From Pyrinomonadaceae bacterium (GTDB taxonomy: Bacteria > Acidobacteriota > Blastocatellia > Pyrinomonadales > Pyrinomonadaceae), in the NCBI GenBank assembly GCA_035557535.1, contig DATMDU010000171.1:814622-846621 (forward strand): a DNA stretch of 32,000 bases, written 5' to 3'. The notes beneath the pieces are model-generated. The model made no database searches, was not told where the DNA came from, and saw only the letters and a list, made by a program, of their open reading frames with translations. The number at the start of each line of letters is the position of its first letter. Positions within the stretch are counted from its first letter, which is position 1. A program made the position numbers and the translations under genes. This document shows, one piece after another, positions 25,379-32,000 of the stretch.

Positions 25379-27163
25379 CTAGAGGGATTTTATGGGCGCA
25401 TCCAACACGTTTCTCACCTTGCGGGCCAAAGCCTCAGTGGGAAAAGGCTTCTGGATGAAATTCGCTCCCTCATCCAGCACTCCCTGATGCACGATCGCAT
25501 TGTCCGTATAACCCGACATGAAGAGGACTTTCATGTCCGGACGTAATTGGGCCAGCCGATCAGCGAGCTCCCGTCCGCTCATCTCCGGCATAACGACATC
25601 AGTGATGAGCAGATCAATCGGCTCTTTGTGGCGCTCACAGATTAAGAGCGCTGCGCCTCCATTGGCAGCTTCCAGAACGTGATAGCCATATATTTCAAGG
25701 ACCTGGCGAGCGAGTGCACGTACCGCTTCCTCGTCTTCCGCCACCAGAACAGTTTCTGAACCTTGCATGGCTCCGTCGGTTTCGGCGCTGCGTTCAACTT
25801 CTTGTGCACCTTCATCCACCCGCGGTAGGTAGATCTTAAAGGTCGTGCCGCGCCCAACCTCGCTATAGACCCAGATGTTGCCGCCTGACTGCTTAACGAT
25901 CCCATAAACTGTGGAGAGCCCCAGGCCGGTCCCTTTGCCTGATTCCTTGGTGGTAAAGAAAGGCTCGAAAATGCGTGCCTGCGTCGGCTCATCCATTCCC
26001 ATGCCCGTATCGCTGACCGCCAACATCACGTAGGAACCAGGGACGACTGCGATATGTTTTTTAGCGTAGTCCTCATCGAGATAGACATTCTTAGTTTCAA
26101 TGGTCAATTTGCCCCCCTTGGGCATCGCGTCGCGCGCGTTGACTGCAAGATTCATTATGATCTGCTCAATCTGTCCGGGGTCGGCTCTTACGCTGCCGAG
26201 TTCAGGATCGAGCACCGTGCGAAACCCAATATCTTCGCCGATAAGACGGCGGAGCATTTTTTCCAACTCCGAGACAACCGCGTTGAGAGTCAGAATTCTT
26301 GGTTGCAGAACTTGCTTGCGGCTGAAAGCAAGGAGTTGTCGGGTTAAGCCAGCCGCTCGAGCCGCCGCCTTATTAGCCTCGCTGATATTGCGATGCAACG
26401 GATCTTCCTCGTTCAACCGCTTCAGCGTAAGATCGCCGTAACCGAGAATCACTGTCAGCAGGTTATTGAAGTCGTGCGCGATGCCACCGGCTAAGATGCC
26501 GATCGCCTCGAGCTTCTGTGACTGCCGGAGTTGTTCCTCGAGCTGTCTAACATCTGAAATATCTTGTTTGACCGCTATGTAGTTTACAATCGTTCCTGAC
26601 TTGTCGCGGACGCCTGAGATTGTGACCCTTTCAGTAAATTCAGTTCCATCCTTTTTCCGATTGATTAGCTGGCCTACCCAGACGTCACCCCTGGTGATGG
26701 TGTCCCAGAGATCACGATAAATCGCCGGGTCATTCTTTCCGCTTTTGATCACGCGTGGATTCTGGCCTACCGCTTCTTTCTTTGAAAAACCCGTAATACG
26801 CTCAAAAGCCGGATTGACGTATTCGATGAAGCCGTCGCTGTCCGTGATCATAATACTGTCTCCCGTTTGCTCGACCGCCGTCGCCAGGCGTACCAGTTCG
26901 GCCTCCGCAAGCTTGCGCTGAGAGATATCGCGAGCGATGCCGGTGACGCCTATGGGAACGCCATCGCGCAGCATTAGGCGGGTATTCACTTCGATTGGAA
27001 CGCGGTGGCCGTCTTTGGCAATTAACTCTAATTCGTAAGCGGTAGTTTCTTCGCCGGCCAGTTTGCGGGCCATCATTTCGCGCGCTTTCTCGAGATACTC
27101 CGGCGCGATTGTTTCCGTGAAATTCAGTTTGAGCGATTCGGACAGCGTATAACCTGTGATCAC
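25379..27163 (-). CDS. PAS-PAS hybrid histidine kinase (HisKA-HATPase-REC); the annotated N-terminus starts inside a PAS domain
   Basis: It has an H-box (GGIAHDFNNLL), an N-box (MNLAVNARDAM), DTGMGM and GTGLGLS motifs, and a C-terminal REC (VLVAEDEEAVR...TDVVMPEMSG...QKPF). The same frame stays open for another 26 codons upstream, reading AYSDAFFIAFIIYTHDLKGNYTSNNKAGE, with no start codon. Confidence 0.9.
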   Translation of the reverse strand: MITGYTLSESLKLNFTETIAPEYLEKAREMMARKLAGEETTAYELELIAKDGHRVPIEVNTRLMLRDGVPIGVTGIARDISQRKLAEAELVRLATAVEQTGDSIMITDSDGFIEYVNPAFERITGFSKKEAVGQNPRVIKSGKNDPAIYRDLWDTITRGDVWVGQLINRKKDGTEFTERVTISGVRDKSGTIVNYIAVKQDISDVRQLEEQLRQSQKLEAIGILAGGIAHDFNNLLTVILGYGDLTLKRLNEEDPLHRNISEANKAAARAAGLTRQLLAFSRKQVLQPRILTLNAVVSELEKMLRRLIGEDIGFRTVLDPELGSVRADPGQIEQIIMNLAVNARDAMPKGGKLTIETKNVYLDEDYAKKHIAVVPGSYVMLAVSDTGMGMDEPTQARIFEPFFTTKESGKGTGLGLSTVYGIVKQSGGNIWVYSEVGRGTTFKIYLPRVDEGAQEVERSAETDGAMQGSETVLVAEDEEAVRALARQVLEIYGYHVLEAANGGAALLICERHKEPIDLLITDVVMPEMSGRELADRLAQLRPDMKVLFMSGYTDNAIVHQGVLDEGANFIQKPFPTEALARKVRNVLDAPIKSL

Positions 27164-27198
27164 CTCTCCCGCCTTGTTGTTTGACGTATAGTTTCCTT

Positions 27199-27774
27199 TT
27201 AGGTCGTGGGTATAAATGATGAATGCGATAAAAAAAGCATCCGAGTATGCTCAACAACACCACTCAGTTTGCGACTGAGAGCTTGGGCCACTCCAAGACA
27301 AACCTTCTTGTCTCGCTCAAGCAGCCTCAGGAGATCCTCACGCGCGATAAAGTCAATCCGACAACGCACCAGCGTTTCCACTGTCGCCCCATAAGGGTGT
27401 CCTGTTAGCGTCGAGTTGATTCCCAGCAAATCGCCTGGATGCGCAATGCGGAGGACTAAAGTTTTGCCTTCGGCGGACGAGATCGAAACTTTAGCCCGTC
27501 CTTCGCAAAGCACATAAACCCCGCGCGGCGCTTGGCCTTCAACAAGAACCATGGAACCGCGCGGGTAAAATTTCCCAACCCTCACATTGTCCAGGCCACG
27601 AACTTCACTTATTGGCGAATCGCAGGGGCGTTGGGCAAAACGGTTAGCATCCTCCTCGTGCCCGACGCTCTGTGCGCTCAACATGTTCTTCGCGTGACCT
27701 TTGGCGGGGCTCCTTTTTGGCATTGAGTCCGTTATCGATGAAAAGGAAGTTCGGTTATCCCCTCCCCTGCTCAC
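27199..27774 (-). CDS. cyclic-nucleotide-binding (Crp/Fnr-type effector) domain ORF lacking the C-terminal HTH
   Basis: FYPRGSMVLVEGQAPRGVYVLCEGRAKVSISSAEGKTLVLRIAHPGDLLG is a cNMP-binding beta-roll followed by a C-helix. The ORF ends in 10 odd residues after a T7 run. The start may be the internal ATG (MPKRSPAKG). Confidence 0.8.
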   Translation of the reverse strand: MSRGGDNRTSFSSITDSMPKRSPAKGHAKNMLSAQSVGHEEDANRFAQRPCDSPISEVRGLDNVRVGKFYPRGSMVLVEGQAPRGVYVLCEGRAKVSISSAEGKTLVLRIAHPGDLLGINSTLTGHPYGATVETLVRCRIDFIAREDLLRLLERDKKVCLGVAQALSRKLSGVVEHTRMLFLSHSSFIPTT

Positions 27775-27987
27775 CCTCCATGAGTCGTGAGGGCAACGGA
27801 TGTGCCAATCGAGAGGGTGAAAGATCTTCGACTAAGTCCGATCCTAACTAAGGCATCAAGTAGATCTCTCGTGGAATATTTCACAGTCGCGTTCAACTTG
27901 TGAGAGATTCTCCCCAAACTAGTTCCAGTCCGAGCTGACGTCGTATGTTATGCTCCACAAAAATCGGTACCGGCATGCGTTGTGTTG

Positions 27988-28003
27988 TGGCTTAACCGTT
28001 GCT
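27988..28003 (+). promoter_or_regulatory. candidate sigma-54 (-24/-12) promoter
   Basis: TGGCTTaaccgTTGCT compared with TGGCAC-N5-TTGCW. The GG-N10-GC spacing is exact. It sits 59 nt upstream of ATG 28062. Confidence 0.55.
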
Positions 28004-28061
28004 TTGACTTTTTGCTGCCGGATTGTGTCGGAAAGCAGACTCTAATTGCGACTAGAGATCG

Positions 28062-29144
28062 ATGCCTGCCAAAGCTAATCATCGCTCTGCGGTTTGGATG
28101 GCCCTGGCTGCATCTGCGGGGCTGACGATCCTAATTATCGCTGGCTCAAGAAACCTTGAGCACTACGATGCGGCGCTATTCGGCTACACAGTAGCGAGCG
28201 TGGTCGCGTTCGGTGCGGTTGTGTTTCGTTATGCCATCTGGTTACAGCGGCCGGCGACGCGAGTCTACTGGCGGCGAGGCTGGAACCTGTTTCGAGATCG
28301 CAAGAATCTTGTTGCCAATACAACTAGCGCAGCGAAGACCATAGTCGGTGGCATGGCGATCCAGAAGTTTATCTTTCGTCGCGGCCTTTCGCGTTGGCTA
28401 ATGCATCAGTTGATTATGTGGGGCTGCATCATCTCGGCGCTGATTACTTTTCCCTTAGTGTTTGGCTGGGTCCACTTTGAACTTGAGGGAGAGCGAGGTT
28501 ACCGCGCTTACGTCTTTGGCTTTCCACTGAACGTGATGGACGGCCGCAGCCTGATCGGGTGGGTAACATTTCACGCGCTCGACTTCACCGCGATCATGGT
28601 GCTCGCCGGTTGCGCGATCGCGATTCGTCGCCGCTTGCACGACCGCGGGGCTATTGCTCTACAACAGTTCCTCCCTGATTTCGTTCCTCACCTGCTGCTA
28701 ATTGCCATATCTGTAACCGGTCTGATGCTGACGGTCTCCAGCCTCTGGTTGCACGGTTACATGTATTCATTCATAGCCCTGACGCATCAGGCAGTCGTGA
28801 TCATGACTTTGTTCTACCTGCCGTTTGGCAAACTCTTTCATGTGATTCAAAGACCGGCATCTATCGGCGTGGAGCTTTATCAAAGACGGTCACAAGAAAT
28901 GCCGCAGGCTGTCTGTCCGCGCTGCGGCGTCGAGTTCGTAGCTGAGATGTGGCTGGGCGATCTAAAAACAGTCGTGGAAAAACTCGGCTTTGACTACAAG
29001 TTGAGCGATGGACGCGTTTGGCAGGATTACTGTCCGCGCTGCAAGCGAGTCATACGTGGGCTAGCGTACGCCTCCTTGCCCCAACAGGATGCACGGGTAT
29101 TTCAAGGGTCCCGGGTTGAGGGCGGCCACCAATCGGAAGACTAA
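28062..29144 (+). CDS. NarI/DsrM-like polytopic membrane protein (putative di-heme cytochrome b quinol-interacting subunit) with a C-terminal CPRC...CPRC zinc ribbon
   Basis: 360 aa with about 6 TM segments carrying conserved His residues. LFYLPFGKLFHVIQRP resembles the NarI-family PF(s/t)kLxH motif. The soluble tail reads CPRCGVEF-N33-CPRCKRV. Confidence 0.6.
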   Translation: MPAKANHRSAVWMALAASAGLTILIIAGSRNLEHYDAALFGYTVASVVAFGAVVFRYAIWLQRPATRVYWRRGWNLFRDRKNLVANTTSAAKTIVGGMAIQKFIFRRGLSRWLMHQLIMWGCIISALITFPLVFGWVHFELEGERGYRAYVFGFPLNVMDGRSLIGWVTFHALDFTAIMVLAGCAIAIRRRLHDRGAIALQQFLPDFVPHLLLIAISVTGLMLTVSSLWLHGYMYSFIALTHQAVVIMTLFYLPFGKLFHVIQRPASIGVELYQRRSQEMPQAVCPRCGVEFVAEMWLGDLKTVVEKLGFDYKLSDGRVWQDYCPRCKRVIRGLAYASLPQQDARVFQGSRVEGGHQSED

Positions 29145-29148
29145 AACA

Positions 29149-31371
29149 ATGGGCAAAGTCGAGCATCTCGAAAAGATAATCGAAGCCTACGGTCCGCATC
29201 TGCACGACGCGCCGTACGGTGGTTGGCGTGCGGACCGTGTGATAGACAAAGTTGTGCCGACACACTGTCCATACTGCGCGGTGCAATGCGGCATGAATCT
29301 TCTGGTGGAAAAGAATCATGTCGTCGGCTTCGAACCACGGTACGATTTTCCCGTCAATGAAGGCCGTCTCTGCCCCAAAGGCGTAACCGCTTACTTGCAG
29401 ATTCATCATCCTGATCGCCTGCTTCATCCACTCATAAAACGTAACGGCAGGTTCGAGCGGGCAACGTGGGAGGAAGCCCTTGATCTCGTCGCCTCGAAGA
29501 TTAAAGAACTGCAAGCTGCGCACGGCAAGGATTCCATTGGCGTTTATTCGGGCTCTTCCCTCACAACAGAGAAAACGTATCTGATGGGCAAGTTTGCGCG
29601 CGCTGGCCTGGGCACACGCTACATTGATTACAACGGACGGCTGTGCATGGTCTCGGCGGCGGCCGGTAACAACAAAGCATTCGGGATCGATCGCGCTGCG
29701 AATCCGTGGGATGACATCCCACTTGCTGAAGTTCTACTGATTGCAGGATCAAATTGCGCCGAAACATTTCCCGTATTGAACAAGTTCCTTTGGCAGCAGC
29801 GCGATAACGGCGGAAGCTGGATAATTATTGATCCGCGTGAGACGGCAACTGCTCGCCAGGGCGATCTGCATCTGCAACTAAAGCCCGGCACTGATGTGGC
29901 TCTCGCGAACGGAATGCTGCACGTTTTGATTGAAGAAAACCTTATCGAGCAATCCTTCATCGATCAGCGCACGAATGACTGGGAGGATACGAAGGCCCTG
30001 GTGGCTCGCTATACGCCACAAGTTGCAGCCGAAATTACTGGCGTACCTGCTGAACAAATCGTCAAGGCCGCGCGGCTTTATGGGCGCGCCAAGACATCAA
30101 TGCTTCTGCACGCACGCGGAATCGAGCACCACTCGCATGGCGTCAACAATGTGTTGTCGTACATCAATCTCGTGCTGGCGACAGGGAGCATCGGTGCGCC
30201 CGGACGTGGCTACGGCACAATAACGGGACAAGGCAACGGACAAGGCGGGCGTGAGCATGGACAGAAGGCCGATCAGCTTCCGGGCCAGCGTTCAATTTCG
30301 AACCCGGAACATCGCAAGCATGTGTGCGACGTTTGGGGCCTACCAGAAGAAGAGTTGCCGCAAGCCGGCGTCTCCGTCGTCGAGATGTTTCAGAAGATGC
30401 GCGAAGGCGAAATTCGTGGCTTGCTTTCGATCTGCAACAACGTGATGGTGAGTCTGCCCGATACGAATGAGGTGCGTCGGTCGCTCGAAGGCCTGGACTT
30501 CTATGTTTGCATTGATTTCTTCATGTCAGAAGGATCGCGTTATGCGGACGTGGTTCTTCCCGGCAGCACGTGGAGTGAAGACGAGGGCGTGACAGCAAAC
30601 AGCGAGGGCCGCGTCTTAAAGATTAACAAAGCCGCCGACCCTCCCGGCGAAGCTCGCGCCGATTGGTGGATTATCCAGGAGATCGCGCGGCGAATGGGCC
30701 GGGAAAAGTATTTTCAATTTGATAACCCGCGCGCAATCTTCGATGAGATGCGCGTAGCTTCTCGCGGTGGGAACGCCGATTACTACGGCATCACTTGGGA
30801 AAAAATCGAAAAACAGAATGGCGTGTTCTGGCCGTGTCCTTCCGAGGATCACCCTGGGACTCCAAGGCTGTTTGAAAATCGCTTCTATCATCCGGATGGC
30901 AGAGCGAAGTTTCATGCGGTCGAATACGCACCGCCGCAGGAGACGCCTGATGACGAGTTTCCCTTAATCTTGACCAGTGGGCGTGTCGTTTACCAGTATC
31001 TTTCCGGTAATCAGACTCGGCGTATCGGATTTCTTGTCGAACAGTGTCCCGAACCGTATGTTGAGATTCATCCGGAAACAGCGATGAGGTTGAAGATCAA
31101 CGACGGCGAGCGTGTGAAGGTCGTGTCCCGCCGGGGCGATGGCATATTTCCGGCGCTGGTGGTTAAGACGATCCGCAAAGATACCATCTTCATTCCCTAC
31201 CATTGGGGCGAAGATCTGGCGGTGAACCAACTGACGAACCCTGTACTCGATCCAATTTCCAAGATTCCGGAGTTCAAAGCATGCGCTGCGCGCATCGAGA
31301 AGATTCATTCGAGGCAGCTTCCGATTCTTGGCGAAAGACGCAAAGGCGCTTCACGTAGTGAGGTGAGGTAG
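29149..31371 (+). CDS. molybdopterin (bis-MGD) oxidoreductase catalytic subunit, Nas/NarB/Nap-like clade, cytoplasmic (no Tat signal)
   Basis: The N-terminal [4Fe-4S] motif is [10 protein letters not shown]...RLCPKG. The Mo-ligand region is [18 protein letters not shown], with Cys and no in-frame TGA. A C-terminal molydop-binding region is present ([18 protein letters not shown]...HPETAMRL...). There is no RR motif. I prefer ATG 29149, which follows the upstream stop at 29142-29144, over the ORF-track start at 29089. Confidence 0.9.
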   Translation: MGKVEHLEKIIEAYGPHLHDAPYGGWRADRVIDKVVPTHCPYCAVQCGMNLLVEKNHVVGFEPRYDFPVNEGRLCPKGVTAYLQIHHPDRLLHPLIKRNGRFERATWEEALDLVASKIKELQAAHGKDSIGVYSGSSLTTEKTYLMGKFARAGLGTRYIDYNGRLCMVSAAAGNNKAFGIDRAANPWDDIPLAEVLLIAGSNCAETFPVLNKFLWQQRDNGGSWIIIDPRETATARQGDLHLQLKPGTDVALANGMLHVLIEENLIEQSFIDQRTNDWEDTKALVARYTPQVAAEITGVPAEQIVKAARLYGRAKTSMLLHARGIEHHSHGVNNVLSYINLVLATGSIGAPGRGYGTITGQGNGQGGREHGQKADQLPGQRSISNPEHRKHVCDVWGLPEEELPQAGVSVVEMFQKMREGEIRGLLSICNNVMVSLPDTNEVRRSLEGLDFYVCIDFFMSEGSRYADVVLPGSTWSEDEGVTANSEGRVLKINKAADPPGEARADWWIIQEIARRMGREKYFQFDNPRAIFDEMRVASRGGNADYYGITWEKIEKQNGVFWPCPSEDHPGTPRLFENRFYHPDGRAKFHAVEYAPPQETPDDEFPLILTSGRVVYQYLSGNQTRRIGFLVEQCPEPYVEIHPETAMRLKINDGERVKVVSRRGDGIFPALVVKTIRKDTIFIPYHWGEDLAVNQLTNPVLDPISKIPEFKACAARIEKIHSRQLPILGERRKGASRSEVR

Positions 31372-31373
31372 TT

Positions 31374-32000
31374 ATGGAAGAGACCATGTTCATCGATCCG
31401 CAACGTTGTATCGGCTGTCGCGCCTGCGTGGCGGCGTGTCGAGAGTGCGGGACGCACAAAGGATATTCGATGATCTACGTCGATTACCTTGATCGATCAG
31501 AGACAACCGCCACGATGCCGACGGTCTGTATGCACTGCTCTGAGCCGACGTGTGCGCTGGTTTGTCCAGCCGACGCGATCAAGACGACTGAAGATGGCGT
31601 CGTCCTTTCGGCATTGAAACCACGCTGCCTCGATTGCCGCAATTGCGTCAACGCCTGTCCTTTCGGTGTGCCCAAGTACAACACTGAGATGCATCTGCAG
31701 ATGAAGTGCGATATGTGTTTCGATCGTACTAGTGAAGGCTTGAAGCCGATGTGCGCCAGTGTCTGCCCGACTAGCGCAATCGCGTTCGGAAAGTATGAAG
31801 ACATAGTTCCGCTGCGAAGGACCAAGCCGGTCAATGCCCATGTCTTCGGAAATCAGACGGTCGAGACGAAAGTTTACCTGATGTTGCCGACCGAGGCGGA
31901 CGAAGTTGAGGTTGATGGCTGCGGTGTGTTTGAGGGCCGTGTGAAAACTGACCAGCAACCGGCAAGCGAATCGTGGATCGACTTACAAGTTGAGCAGACG
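31374..32000 (+). CDS. 4x[4Fe-4S] ferredoxin-type electron-transfer subunit (DmsB/HybA/FdnH-like), 3' end beyond the window
   Basis: This ORF is not in the track because it has no stop within the window. My translation is [26 protein letters not shown]...[14 protein letters not shown]...[12 protein letters not shown]...[38 protein letters not shown] lies upstream of ATG 31374. Confidence 0.88.
   Translation, partial: MEETMFIDPQRCIGCRACVAACRECGTHKGYSMIYVDYLDRSETTATMPTVCMHCSEPTCALVCPADAIKTTEDGVVLSALKPRCLDCRNCVNACPFGVPKYNTEMHLQMKCDMCFDRTSEGLKPMCASVCPTSAIAFGKYEDIVPLRRTKPVNAHVFGNQTVETKVYLMLPTEADEVEVDGCGVFEGRVKTDQQPASESWIDLQVEQT

Noticed and set aside
27870-27905. TCACA-N13-TGTGA and other short palindromes in the cNMP-gene/narI-like divergent region as Crp/Fnr boxes.
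   Set aside because: The orientation and spacing do not match TGTGA-N6-TCACA or TTGAT-N4-ATCAA. The local cNMP-domain ORF also lacks a DNA-binding domain.
29089-29148. The longer N-terminus of the molybdopterin subunit given in the ORF track (MHGYFKGPGLRAATNRKTKT).
   Set aside because: It overlaps the 3' end of the upstream gene by 56 nt and looks non-protein-like. ATG 29149 follows the upstream stop by 4 nt and gives a normal N-terminus.
29644-29646. A possible selenocysteine-containing formate dehydrogenase.
   Set aside because: The Mo-ligand position is encoded by TGC (Cys) in [10 protein letters not shown]. The ORF has no internal TGA. The motif resembles Nas/Nap rather than FdhH/FdnG.
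1-32000. A search for CRISPR arrays, long tandem repeats, rRNA/tRNA genes, and canonical defence, toxin-antitoxin or retron-like modules.
   Set aside because: Non-coding gaps are at most 500 bp and contain no periodic repeat-spacer structure. No nuclease, helicase, methylase, reverse-transcriptase or toxin-like ORFs were recognised. The only RHH protein has no adjacent toxin candidate.

Overview
Read by eye from the sequence and the ORF track; no searches were run, so all family names are recalled motif matches. The window is about 32 kb of bacterial chromosome with moderate GC. Gene content resembles soil Acidobacteriota, but that is not verifiable here. Left to right: (1) The edge of an integrated element: a tyrosine integrase reading out of the window, abutting gene remnants (CHAT C-terminus, NTF2-like fragment, frameshifted VOC/glyoxalase). 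(2) An operon of a sigma-54 enhancer-binding response regulator and a PAS hybrid histidine kinase. (3) A secreted hypothetical protein, a PNPOx-family protein, a VIT1/CCC1 gene with an in-frame TGA, and a heavily frame-broken membrane-protein gene. (4) An arsC-acr3 arsenic cassette with no arsR. (5) A sigma-54-type promoter followed by usp, an SQR/NDH-2-like flavoprotein and a DASS transporter. (6) A second sigma-54-type promoter followed by a DksA/TraR zinc-finger fusion protein, a Zn-ADH and two tandem-USP genes. (7) A TspO-like gene, a low-coding-density stretch with an RHH protein, a CPA2 antiporter, small membrane ORFs and an SPFH protein. (8) A decayed, truncated CorC/HlyC gene. (9) A fluoride riboswitch followed by crcB and DUF190. 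(10) REC, PAS hybrid kinase and cNMP-binding ORFs, where the last two look like one gene split at an A7/T7 tract. (11) A third sigma-54-type promoter followed by a NarI-like membrane protein, a Nas/Nap-type molybdopterin oxidoreductase and a 4x[4Fe-4S] protein that runs off the right edge. I found no rRNA, tRNA, CRISPR array or recognisable defence system. The most unusual items are the membrane-anchored Nas-type molybdoenzyme trio, the DksA/TraR fusion protein inside a USP-dense cluster with apparent sigma-54 promoters, and the strongly clustered gene disruptions.
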